From IMG/VR virus record IMGVR_UViG_3300040801_000790, positions 1 through 39,990 of that record: DNA of 39,990 nt; one strand, written 5' to 3'. The stretch comes from a virus. The number at the start of each line of letters is the position of its first letter. The first letter of the stretch is position 1. The notes beneath the pieces were generated by a model. The model ran no database searches, was not told the DNA's origin, and was given only the letters and a program-made list of their open reading frames with translations. The position numbers were made by a program, and so were the translations under genes. Positions 23,194 to 32,387 of the stretch are shown piece by piece.

Positions 23194-25145
23194 GAATAAA
23201 GATAAACAACACCTTCTTAGAACTAGAGAGAGACTTTCAGATAGCCCTTAACTTATCAGTAGGTGACATTGCCGAACTACAATCTAGAGCTGGAAACCAT
23301 ACCTATTCTATTCAGATACCTTGGACAAATAACAACGCTAAGGCATTTAATTTTGTAGCCACTAACAACATTGATTTTAAAGGGTCTAAGAAGGTAGATG
23401 CAGAGATTTACCAAGGTCAAAACAGGGTACTAAAAGGATTTATAATAGTAAAATCGTACTCAGAAAAAATCTTAAAGGCTGTATTTTACTCGGGAAATAG
23501 TTTCTGGATAGACGCGCTAGGACAGCTAAAACTTACAGATATAGATTTTAGTGAGTTAGAACACCTTTGGAATGAGGATTCAATACTGAATAGTCTTTCG
23601 AACGGATGGGAGGATGGATATACGTATCCTTTTATAAATTATAACGACAAAAGCAATACTTCGTCCACCGAGTTCACAGCCAAACAATTTAGACCTTGTA
23701 TGTTTGCTAAGTATTTGCTAAACAGAATTTTTAACGACATATACATAATTCCTAAAGGTCAGGTTTTATCAAATCCTGTTTTTGAAAAGATGATATTAGC
23801 ATCTTCTAAGATAGATGAAAGCTCTTTTAAACCAGTCAAGTATAACTTTTTAGGAAAACCGATAGGAAGTTCAGACGTAATAAGTACCGAGAGTGAAAAG
23901 AAATGGATTTATGACCCCCAGGATTTAGGTGTTTTCGACATTAAGTATAAGTATTTTAACGAAAAAACAACTGGATATACAACAACACTAATGAATGCTT
24001 CTGATGGTAGATATACTGCTCAGACTAGAATTAATGTAAGGATAAAAGCCGAATCTATTAAGTGGAGAAATGCTGGCAATTTTGTGGGGGATAGCTATTA
24101 CAAGTATATAGCAGCCTACTCTATATCTGTTAGGCGTAACGGAACAGAAATAATTGATAGTCAGGTTATAAATGAAGTTATTACTTTAGATGCTGGTGAC
24201 TATATAGAGGTTTTCACAAAGAACAATAGCGATGTTTATAGTATCCTGTTCAATCCTAATGAGAATTTTCTAGTTAACTATTTAGATATTAGTTTAGATA
24301 GTCCAGTAACAGGAACAGCTATTACACCAGCATCATTTATACCAGACATGACTCAGTTAGAGTTTGTTAAAGATATAATGCTCATGTTTGGTTTGCAAGC
24401 TGACTACAATGAGACCACAAGGGCGATAGACTTCTTTAGTTACGAAGAGGTAATGCTTAATGAGGCTGTAGATTGGAGTAACAAGATAGACGGAAAGCCA
24501 TCGTTTGATTATACAGCACTAACATCTAGGTATTCACAAGTAAACAACTTGAAGTGGTCAGAAGATGACAAGGACTTAGTATTAGAAGCTTATAAAGCAG
24601 CTAACAATAAAGGAGTTGGCGAAGGGTTTATAATCATTGATGATGATTCATTAAAAAAAGAATCTGATTTAATCACATTGAAAGCGTCCCCTACTTATGG
24701 AGAATTTACGCAGAATTGGAACGGATTAAACATACCATTCATACCAGAAGAGGGTAAGTACAGATACTTGTTGGTTAATCAAAACGTAGATACTATAGAT
24801 GTGTTAGGTGTTGCCAATATAAGTATTGAAGGAGAAAACACAACGAAGGTTAATTATGCTTTCTTCGATGACTTATCGCACTTGAATAATGAGTTTTACG
24901 AGTCGCTAAGTTTTGAGGAAAAATTTAATAGAAGTTCATTAAAGGAAAATTATAGAGTTCTTGAAAACATTCTTAACAATGGATACATAATGAAGGTTAA
25001 TGTGTTCTTAAAACCACAAGATATAACCTCGATTGATTTTAAGCGACCTAGATACATAAGACCTTTAGGGTTGTTTGCAATAAACAAAGTGAATAAATAT
25101 GACTTCTCAAACAACTCAACTGAAGTTGAACTAACTAAGCTATAA
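23187..25145 (+). CDS. Tail structural protein (652 aa)
   Basis: Large ORF between the LamG tail protein and the tape measure. I recognised no enzymatic motif. Confidence 0.55.
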   Translation: MVRIKINNTFLELERDFQIALNLSVGDIAELQSRAGNHTYSIQIPWTNNNAKAFNFVATNNIDFKGSKKVDAEIYQGQNRVLKGFIIVKSYSEKILKAVFYSGNSFWIDALGQLKLTDIDFSELEHLWNEDSILNSLSNGWEDGYTYPFINYNDKSNTSSTEFTAKQFRPCMFAKYLLNRIFNDIYIIPKGQVLSNPVFEKMILASSKIDESSFKPVKYNFLGKPIGSSDVISTESEKKWIYDPQDLGVFDIKYKYFNEKTTGYTTTLMNASDGRYTAQTRINVRIKAESIKWRNAGNFVGDSYYKYIAAYSISVRRNGTEIIDSQVINEVITLDAGDYIEVFTKNNSDVYSILFNPNENFLVNYLDISLDSPVTGTAITPASFIPDMTQLEFVKDIMLMFGLQADYNETTRAIDFFSYEEVMLNEAVDWSNKIDGKPSFDYTALTSRYSQVNNLKWSEDDKDLVLEAYKAANNKGVGEGFIIIDDDSLKKESDLITLKASPTYGEFTQNWNGLNIPFIPEEGKYRYLLVNQNVDTIDVLGVANISIEGENTTKVNYAFFDDLSHLNNEFYESLSFEEKFNRSSLKENYRVLENILNNGYIMKVNVFLKPQDITSIDFKRPRYIRPLGLFAINKVNKYDFSNNSTEVELTKL

Positions 25146-27304
25146 TGGAAGAGGAAATAATATCGGTAACTATTGACAACGCATCTGCTATTAAGAAAAT
25201 TGAAGAGCAGACCGAAGTATTGAGGCAAGTCAATGAGCAAACAAAACAGCTTACTGAGCAAAACAAGGCTTTAACCAAAGCTAATAAAACGTTAGCTGAC
25301 GAGTTTAAGACTGGTAAGATAACACAACAGCAGTTTAATGCAGCGGTAGCAGAAAACAACGCACAAATAACTCAGAATTCAACCAAAATAGCGTTAAACA
25401 AAAAAGAAACTAGCGACCTAACAAGCACTAGGAAGAATCTAATCAAGTCTTTAGACGTTGAGAAAGGAAGTCTTGAAGACATGAGGGCGGAACTATCACG
25501 CCTAACAAGTGCTAGAAACAAAATAAACATCTCAACAGAAGAGGGACGTAAGAAATTCGATGCTTACAACAAGACTATTAAGACGCAGAATGACGCTATT
25601 CTTGATTTAGAAAAGGCTGGAGGTAGTTATCAAAGACAAGTAGGTAACTACGAAAAGGGATTAAATTCTGTTAACCCAGCAATAGGCTCATTTATATCAG
25701 GGATCAAGGCTTCGACCACCGCAGCATTAGCATTTATAGCAACACCATTAGGGGCAGTACTAGCAGCTTTAGGGCTGGCTCTTGCTGCTGTGGCACAATA
25801 CTTTACTAGAACAGAAGAGGGTGCGGAGAAGCTCAGGATAATAACAGCAACTTTAACGGTCGCATTTCAAAAGTTCCTTGATATAGTTGCAAGTATAGGA
25901 GGTGTTATAGTTAAGGCTTTCGAAGACCCACAACAAGCAATCAAAGACTTTTCAAACTTAGTAAAGGAAAATATTAGCGACAGGATAGAAGCTTTGTTTG
26001 ATGTGTTCGGGCTGCTTGGTGAAGCAGTAAAGAAAGCTTTTGAGGGAGATTTTGAGGGTGCTTTAGAGAGTGCTAGTAAAGCTGGAAAGAAATATATCAC
26101 AGAGGTTGATTTGATTGGTAGTGCTGTCGCTGGTGCTACTAAGATAGTCGGTGAAATGAGTGACGAGATTTTAGAGTCTGCAAAAAATACCTCAACATTA
26201 GAACGCGCTTTAATTAATTTAGAAAAGAAAGAAAACGATTTAATACTTACTAGAGCTAAAGCTAACTCCATTGTAAAGGAACAAAACAAGATAGCAGAGG
26301 ACTTAACTAAGTCACTTGAAGAGAGAGAGGCAGCAGCATTAAAGGCTATTGAAGCCGACAACTTAGTCCTACAACAAGAGCTTCAAATAGCAAGAGAAAG
26401 GGAAAGAATCATTAAGGCTCAAAACGAGCAAACAAATAGTTTAGAGGCAGACCGAAAGAGAGAGATTGAAGCAGAAGCAAAAGTATTTGAGTTAAGAACG
26501 AGAAGTGCAGAACTTCAAACAACTTTACAAAACAAGCTTAACACTATACGAGCGCAAGATGCAGCCCAAAAGAAAAAAATATCCGATGAAGAAACGGCAC
26601 GATTGGAGAAAGAAGCTGCGCAACTTGAAGCTAACGCAGAACTAGAAGCCCAGAGAATTGAAAAGGAAAAGCAAACACTCTTTGAATTAGAACTATTCAA
26701 GAAGGAATTAGCAGCACAAGCAATTGAAGACGAGATTATAAGAGCGGACGCGTACGTAGAGATAGAAAGATTTAAACTAGAAAGAATCCTACAAAATGAA
26801 GAGCTTACCAACGCACAAATATTATTAGCAAAAACAAAAGCGGCAGCAGCAGAGAAAAGCATTGAAGACTCAAAGCTGGCTATAACTAAGAAAAGAGAAG
26901 AAGAAAAGCAAGCGGTACAACTTCAAACTGTTAATGCAGTATCTGGATTCCTTAACGAAGCTTTCGGAAACTTCAAGCCTATTGCAATAGCTACGGCTAC
27001 AATAGACGGTATACTTGCAGCGCAGAAAGCATTAGCGCAAGGAGGTATCTTTGGGGCAATAGCTGCAGCAACTATTGGGGTATCAACAGCAAAAAATATA
27101 TCTTCAATTAAAAATACGAAACCAGCTAGCGGAGGGGCTTCACCCTCAACGCCAAGTAGTGCTAACAGCTTAATTAATCAATCGAACCAAACTAATAGGG
27201 TAACAGAAAGCATAGAGAACGCACCTAGACCAGTGGTATCGGTTGAAGAAATAACTTTAAGACAAAGACAAGTAGCAGAAATAAAAGAAACGGCAAGAGC
27301 ATGA
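25145..27304 (+). CDS. Tape measure protein (719 aa)
   Basis: Long coiled-coil (Ala/Glu/Lys/Gln-rich) protein with hydrophobic Gly/Ala segments: AALAFIATPLGAVLAALGLALAAVAQYF and ATIDGILAAQKALAQGGIFGAIAAATIG. Confidence 0.7.
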   Translation: MEEEIISVTIDNASAIKKIEEQTEVLRQVNEQTKQLTEQNKALTKANKTLADEFKTGKITQQQFNAAVAENNAQITQNSTKIALNKKETSDLTSTRKNLIKSLDVEKGSLEDMRAELSRLTSARNKINISTEEGRKKFDAYNKTIKTQNDAILDLEKAGGSYQRQVGNYEKGLNSVNPAIGSFISGIKASTTAALAFIATPLGAVLAALGLALAAVAQYFTRTEEGAEKLRIITATLTVAFQKFLDIVASIGGVIVKAFEDPQQAIKDFSNLVKENISDRIEALFDVFGLLGEAVKKAFEGDFEGALESASKAGKKYITEVDLIGSAVAGATKIVGEMSDEILESAKNTSTLERALINLEKKENDLILTRAKANSIVKEQNKIAEDLTKSLEEREAAALKAIEADNLVLQQELQIARERERIIKAQNEQTNSLEADRKREIEAEAKVFELRTRSAELQTTLQNKLNTIRAQDAAQKKKISDEETARLEKEAAQLEANAELEAQRIEKEKQTLFELELFKKELAAQAIEDEIIRADAYVEIERFKLERILQNEELTNAQILLAKTKAAAAEKSIEDSKLAITKKREEEKQAVQLQTVNAVSGFLNEAFGNFKPIAIATATIDGILAAQKALAQGGIFGAIAAATIGVSTAKNISSIKNTKPASGGASPSTPSSANSLINQSNQTNRVTESIENAPRPVVSVEEITLRQRQVAEIKETARA

Positions 27305-27561
27305 TCATATTTGACACTGTAAAAGAACAAGTTCCTAGTTTAAGCAGAGAGGAATTTAACAAAATCATAAACATCTTAATAAGAGATGGTGCTATATCTT
27401 ATACATACTCATACCATCAAGAGGTATATGATGATTTTAAAAAGTACCTTGAATTATATGGAGATGATACACAAGGAAGAGTACAGGCTAGGGATAGGGT
27501 TTGCAAGGAAAGAGGTTTCTCTAAAGTTACCCTATGGCGAATAGTCAAGAGGTTTAATTAA
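27301..27561 (+). CDS. Small protein with a C-terminal HTH-like motif (86 aa)
   Basis: The C-terminus RGFSKVTLWRIVKRF resembles a resolvase/terminase-type HTH. Confidence 0.45.
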   Translation: MIIFDTVKEQVPSLSREEFNKIINILIRDGAISYTYSYHQEVYDDFKKYLELYGDDTQGRVQARDRVCKERGFSKVTLWRIVKRFN

Positions 27562-27616
27562 GCACACGGTTAACTCATAGCACTTTTTAATACTTTTTTA
27601 TGTCTAAAATTAAGGC

Positions 27617-28690
27617 ATGAACAATGAAATATTTATTTACTCATTTATAGGAGACGAGGAAAGCGGAGGTGTTACGGCTTCTCAGGTGCATCAATCTTTG
27701 TCTAAAATGGATGGTGATGTAGATGTATATATTAATTCACCCGGGGGAGATGTGTTTGCAGGTCGTACAATCTACCATGCTATTAAAGGCTACTCTAAAG
27801 GAACTGTAACTGCTCACGTAGTAGGTTACTGTGGGTCTATTGCTACTCTAATAGCCTTGGGGTGTAAAAAGATTGTGATGTATGACGGTGCAAAATTCAT
27901 GATACATCAATCTTCTGTTGGTCAAATGAGCGGACGTTCAAGCGAGTTGAAGAGCATGGCAGATGAGCTTGAAGGAATCAATAATGATTTAGTAGAAGCA
28001 TACCATGAGAAGACAGGCTTACCAAAAGAGCAAATCATTGCTATGATGGATAAAGAAACCACAATGAACGCACACACAGCTAAGGAATTAAAGTTTGTAG
28101 ATGAAGTAAAAAAGTCGCTAAAAATTAGCGCAAGATATAATCACGTAATAAATAACAACATGGACAAAAAAGCAAAGTCAGCTAAGGAATTGCTTGCTTC
28201 TTTCACTAATTCTTTTTCTAAAATCTTTGGAGAAGGAGAGGAAGCTGAGGTATCAAACTTAGCTATGAAAACATCAGAGGGTAAAAACATTTACATTGAA
28301 TCTGACGACATTGAGACTGCAGTTGGTAAAGCTGCATACATGGCAGACGAAGAAGGTAATAAGACAGAAGAGTTACTGCCTGACGGGGAATTAAGTCTAG
28401 AAGGTGGTGTAACATTGGTCATTGAGGGAGGAGTAGTTTCTGAAATCAAATCTTCTGAATTGGAAGAGGCTAGAAAAGAAATTGAAAACTTAAAGGCTCA
28501 AATCGAACAAATCACAGCACAAAAAACCACAGCAGAATCTAAAGTTGAAGAAGCCAAGATAGAGATGTTGGCGTTCAAAAAGCAGCTTGACGAATTCCAA
28601 GAGATGCCAGCATTCACATCAAAGGCTAAAATGATAGTTGTAAACGAGCAAAAGAAAAAGGAAAATAAATTAAAATTTGTAAACATTTAA
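27617..28690 (+). CDS. ClpP-family (S14) prohead protease fused to a coiled-coil scaffold-like C-terminus (357 aa)
   Basis: YINSPGGDVFAG, GYCGSIATLIAL (Ser) and MIHQ (His) motifs. The C-terminal half is Glu/Lys-rich coiled coil. Confidence 0.8.
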   Translation: MNNEIFIYSFIGDEESGGVTASQVHQSLSKMDGDVDVYINSPGGDVFAGRTIYHAIKGYSKGTVTAHVVGYCGSIATLIALGCKKIVMYDGAKFMIHQSSVGQMSGRSSELKSMADELEGINNDLVEAYHEKTGLPKEQIIAMMDKETTMNAHTAKELKFVDEVKKSLKISARYNHVINNNMDKKAKSAKELLASFTNSFSKIFGEGEEAEVSNLAMKTSEGKNIYIESDDIETAVGKAAYMADEEGNKTEELLPDGELSLEGGVTLVIEGGVVSEIKSSELEEARKEIENLKAQIEQITAQKTTAESKVEEAKIEMLAFKKQLDEFQEMPAFTSKAKMIVVNEQKKKENKLKFVNI

Positions 28691-28694
28691 TACA

Positions 28695-29672
28695 ATGGCA
28701 GTAACGGTAGATTTAGATTATACATACAATGGGCAAGAGGTCTTTGATGTTCTCTTAGAACCAGCATTACAGAACGAGGACATCTTAAAGATGTTTAACG
28801 TTCTAACAAACATTCGCTCAAAGCGACAAATGATAACAGCCGACCAGTTCGGTAGGGTTTCATTTGCTGGGGATGGTACTTGCGATATTCCAACACCTGT
28901 AGGAAGTACCGTGTTAAAAAACAGAACGCTTGAAACAGGGGAGGTACAAATTTACATGACTCAATGCGCGAGAGAATTTTCCGAAGTTCTAGCAGAAGAG
29001 GCATTGAATACAGGGATTGAAATATATGACCTTTCACAAACTGAAATCAATAACAAAATAATTCTTCCATTGTTACAAGAAGCAGCGAAGAGAGATTTAT
29101 TTTACTTGATAAGCTTCGGTGATTTAGATAGTGCTGATGAGTTACTTTCAGCTGCTCATGGCTTATGGCCGACATTAATTGACGGTGTTGATGACTATAC
29201 TGTTATTGATGCAGAAGTTACATTTAACGCTATACTTGAAGAAGATGAAGCTTTAGAGGCATTTGAAAAAATGTGGTCACTTGCCCCTCAGAAGTTAAAG
29301 GCAATGAAAGACAAGATTGTTCTTGCGGTTACTGGTAGCTTATATGACAACTATGAGAAGTCGTTAAGAGACAAGGGGATAGACAACGGTTGGACAAGAC
29401 TACAAGAAGGTACTCCAAGCTTGAAATTCAACGGAATTGAAGTAGTTCCAATGAGAGGATGGGATAATGGAATCGCAGAATTTGAACTTGATAATCCTCA
29501 CAGAGCATTGTTGACGGTAAAAGAAAATCATTACATCGGAGTTGAGGACATGAAGAAAACAGCTACTCTAAGCTTTTTCTATGATAGAAATTCTCGATTA
29601 AACAAATACGAGGGTAGATACCGAGTAGGTTATCAGTTTGTTCATAAGGATTTACAGGTAATAGCTTACTAA
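28695..29672 (+). CDS. Major capsid protein (325 aa)
   Basis: It lies directly after the protease/scaffold, and its size and composition are typical of HK97-fold capsid proteins. This is a positional inference. Confidence 0.65.
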   Translation: MAVTVDLDYTYNGQEVFDVLLEPALQNEDILKMFNVLTNIRSKRQMITADQFGRVSFAGDGTCDIPTPVGSTVLKNRTLETGEVQIYMTQCAREFSEVLAEEALNTGIEIYDLSQTEINNKIILPLLQEAAKRDLFYLISFGDLDSADELLSAAHGLWPTLIDGVDDYTVIDAEVTFNAILEEDEALEAFEKMWSLAPQKLKAMKDKIVLAVTGSLYDNYEKSLRDKGIDNGWTRLQEGTPSLKFNGIEVVPMRGWDNGIAEFELDNPHRALLTVKENHYIGVEDMKKTATLSFFYDRNSRLNKYEGRYRVGYQFVHKDLQVIAY

Positions 29673-30217
29673 TGGGGTGTAGATTAACAGGAGGTATCAT
29701 CGCAGAGTGCGATGACCTCATACAAATTGGGGGTCTGTATAAGAAATCATGGCTTGGTAACGTAGAAGACTTGACGTTAGATTATGATGAAGACGGTTAT
29801 GTTAATGACATCACCATGGCAGAGTACGGGTTTCTTTACGCTTTTGAAAGCAAGAAGAACAGTTTTAGTGCTGGACACTCCACTGGTGACTCTGGGGCAG
29901 GGGCTAATAAATTCTTTATACACACAGGGGTATTAAAGCTATTCCCTAACACACCAGCAGAAGACGAGGCGATAAAAGACCTACTAGTTTCTAGTGTGTT
30001 TATGATTGTTAAGACTCAGAATGATAAGTTTTTAATCTACGGTGCTAAGAATGGTATGAATGCGGTTACTGAGCAGAACTCAGGACAAGAGGCTGGCAGC
30101 GACATCACAGAGATTGTAACACTTAAGGGCGAAGAGAAAACTAAGCCTTTGAGAATCAAGATAGGCGCGGATGCAGCAGCAACAGAGGCGGTGCTTGATG
30201 GGTTGCTAGAAGCATAA
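29672..30217 (+). CDS. Virion protein, possibly major tail/tube protein (181 aa)
   Basis: Coupled to the capsid gene and followed by a strong terminator, which suggests high expression. The sequence layout resembles small tail tube proteins. Uncertain. Confidence 0.35.
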   Translation: MGCRLTGGIIAECDDLIQIGGLYKKSWLGNVEDLTLDYDEDGYVNDITMAEYGFLYAFESKKNSFSAGHSTGDSGAGANKFFIHTGVLKLFPNTPAEDEAIKDLLVSSVFMIVKTQNDKFLIYGAKNGMNAVTEQNSGQEAGSDITEIVTLKGEEKTKPLRIKIGADAAATEAVLDGLLEA

Positions 30218-30238
30218 TTAAAAAAAACAAAATAAATG

Positions 30239-30278
30239 AAAGGCTATGTATTAATTTATGTAGCCTTTTTGTATTTTT
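30239..30278 (+). terminator. Rho-independent terminator
   Basis: AAAGGCTA 30239-30246 pairs with TAGCCTTT 30261-30268, followed by TTGTATTTTT. Confidence 0.7.
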
Positions 30279-30283
30279 AACCA

Positions 30284-30487
30284 ATGAACCATTCAGAGGC
30301 ATTAGAACTATTCAAACAGATAGACGGCAAGATAAGTTGTAAAGCATCATTTGGAGATGTGGCTAAATTTATTAAGCTTGTTAAGTACGTTAATCAATTT
30401 AAGAAAGTAAAGCTATCTACTTCAAAATGTCAGTTTAGATCAACCATGAATGAGATTAAATTCTTCTTAGAAAAGGTAAATGATTAA
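30284..30487 (+). CDS. Hypothetical protein (67 aa), first gene of the AT-rich cassette
   Basis: ATG ORF immediately after the terminator. Confidence 0.55.
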   Translation: MNHSEALELFKQIDGKISCKASFGDVAKFIKLVKYVNQFKKVKLSTSKCQFRSTMNEIKFFLEKVND

Positions 30488-31079
30488 AATTATACAGATT
30501 TGTTTTGATGAAGAATCAAAAGCTAATTGCTTCAATCATGAGAATGTAGAAGTATTTTTTAACGAAGAAAACCCCCACCCATATTTCGAGAATAAAATAA
30601 TAGCTGACAAAGTTCCTAATATAGAAGCTGATTATATAGGTGTTTTTTCACACGCATTTAAAAAGAAAAGAAAAAAGGATATTGATTTTATAATTAGGAA
30701 AATAAACAAAAATCCTGTTTACTCATTCTTTAGCAATATAAAGGATAAGAACGTGATTAGTCACATGGAGAGCTTACACACAGGCAGCAAAGAGATACTA
30801 AACTATATTTGTTTAAGGATTGGATTAACTCCATCAAACAAGCTTGCACCAATATATCAAAACCACTTTATAGCAAGAAAGGAAATATATAACGATTATG
30901 TGACATATCTAACCCATGCAATTGATTTGATGAATAATGATAAGTGGTTAATTGATAGGTGCAACAAACCAGCTATGAGAACGGGAAAGTACGCAACATA
31001 TACGCTTCATACATTTGTGTTAGAGCGTTTATTTTCAGTATATTGTAAAAACAAAAACATTAAAATTGAAATGATATGA
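30480..31079 (+). CDS. Hypothetical protein, possibly glycosyltransferase-like (DUF4422-like?) (199 aa)
   Basis: Only a weak resemblance: ENKIIADKVPNIEADYIGVFSHAF versus the DUF4422 ...DYVGLCHYRRYF region. Low confidence in the function. Confidence 0.5.
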   Translation: MIKIIQICFDEESKANCFNHENVEVFFNEENPHPYFENKIIADKVPNIEADYIGVFSHAFKKKRKKDIDFIIRKINKNPVYSFFSNIKDKNVISHMESLHTGSKEILNYICLRIGLTPSNKLAPIYQNHFIARKEIYNDYVTYLTHAIDLMNNDKWLIDRCNKPAMRTGKYATYTLHTFVLERLFSVYCKNKNIKIEMI

Positions 31080-31789
31080 AAATCACACACCATTTAAATA
31101 TAATCAATACAACAGCTAAGGTAATCAACGCTAGGACTTACCTAGAGATAGGTGTATGTACAGGTTCTAATATTAACAACGTAAGGATAGGAGCAAAGAC
31201 TGGTGTAGACGTTAACGATATTCGTGGAATAAAGGAAGGTATAGAGATGATTAAATCATCTTCTGATGACTTTTTCAGAACCAATGAAAGGAAGTTTGAT
31301 TTGATTTTTATTGACGGTGACCACTCACAAGAGCAGTCAATGAAAGATTTTGAGAACGCTTTAAAATGCGTGAGTAATAAAGGTCTAATCTTACTTCATG
31401 ACGTCTACCCTCCGAATTTAAAGCACATGGAATTAAACTTATGTGGTGGTGTTTACTTGAATGCTCAGGATATAAACAATAGATTTAAATGCGTTGTGTT
31501 TCCTTATGATTACGGAGTGATGATAGTTAATCCAAGAGTGACAAAAAACAAGAAAACACCTATTTTTGAAGGCAATGACTTCTTAGAGATAAAGGATGAT
31601 GTGTTTAACTATGGTCACGAGGTAAGAGATATTTCAAACTTAATCACAGAGGACAAAAAAAGCTTTGATTTGTACGAAAAATCAGACGAAGAAATTAAGG
31701 ATATACACCAAGAGGTATTCGGAAACAAGCCGAAAGGGAGGTATATAAGAGAAAATGTAATTGCTAAAATTGAAGCCTTTGGAAAATAA
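31076..31789 (+). CDS. Class I SAM-dependent methyltransferase (Methyltransf_24 / O-MTase-like) (237 aa)
   Basis: Motif I YLEIGVCTGSN. The DLIFIDGDHS and LILLHDV motifs are typical of this family. Confidence 0.7.
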   Translation: MKITHHLNIINTTAKVINARTYLEIGVCTGSNINNVRIGAKTGVDVNDIRGIKEGIEMIKSSSDDFFRTNERKFDLIFIDGDHSQEQSMKDFENALKCVSNKGLILLHDVYPPNLKHMELNLCGGVYLNAQDINNRFKCVVFPYDYGVMIVNPRVTKNKKTPIFEGNDFLEIKDDVFNYGHEVRDISNLITEDKKSFDLYEKSDEEIKDIHQEVFGNKPKGRYIRENVIAKIEAFGK

Positions 31790-32321
31790 GATAATAATCA
31801 CAGGTACGGGTAGGGCTGGAACTACATTTCTAGTTCACCTACTTACCCTTTGTGGTGTAGATACTGGATTTAAGAAAGAAAATGCGGACATCTTTATAGA
31901 TAATAAATCCTTTGGAGGGCTTGAATCATCAAGTCACGATCCCTATGTCTTGAAGTCTCCACACTTCTGTGATAAGATTGAAGATTTAAATAGTAAATAC
32001 TTCATTGACTACGTTATAATACCTATAAGAAGCCTAGAAAAGGCTGCCTCATCAAGAATTAGGGTTGGAAATAGCAATGGTGGTTATTGGGAGGCAACAA
32101 GTCAAGTTGGTCAAGAAATTGTTCTTTTAGAAAATTTTTATAAAGCGATTCACTCATGTGCAAAATTAAACATAGATGTTATACTGATTGACTTCGATGT
32201 AATTATGAGTGAAAAGGATGTGTTGTTTGTCACTTTAAGAAAGCCCTTCCCTAAATTAGATTACAACACTTTTATTAAATCTTACGATGAAATTTTTGAT
32301 AAGAGAAAGATTACGCAATAG
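31761..32321 (+). CDS. Sulfotransferase-family-like P-loop protein (186 aa)
   Basis: ITGTGRAGTTFL resembles the PAPS 5'-phosphosulfate-binding loop (G.xRSGTT.L; it lacks the Walker Lys). IIPIRSLEKAASS resembles the 3'-phosphate motif (R-x7-S). There is no ATG before the loop; the track start is TTG. Confidence 0.5.
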   Translation: MLKLKPLENKIIITGTGRAGTTFLVHLLTLCGVDTGFKKENADIFIDNKSFGGLESSSHDPYVLKSPHFCDKIEDLNSKYFIDYVIIPIRSLEKAASSRIRVGNSNGGYWEATSQVGQEIVLLENFYKAIHSCAKLNIDVILIDFDVIMSEKDVLFVTLRKPFPKLDYNTFIKSYDEIFDKRKITQ

Positions 32322-32387
32322 TTAAGCGGTTAGTTAACCGAAACAAAACCAACCTTTAAAAATCTTATCTTAGCGTAAATTGATAAG

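Noticed and set aside
31761-31789. A translational fusion (frameshift) between the methyltransferase and the sulfotransferase-like ORF, suggested by the lack of an ATG in the latter.
   Set aside because: There is no slippery sequence in the 29-nt overlap. A TTG start (31761, 31770 or 31779) is a simpler explanation, and I cannot distinguish among these without data.
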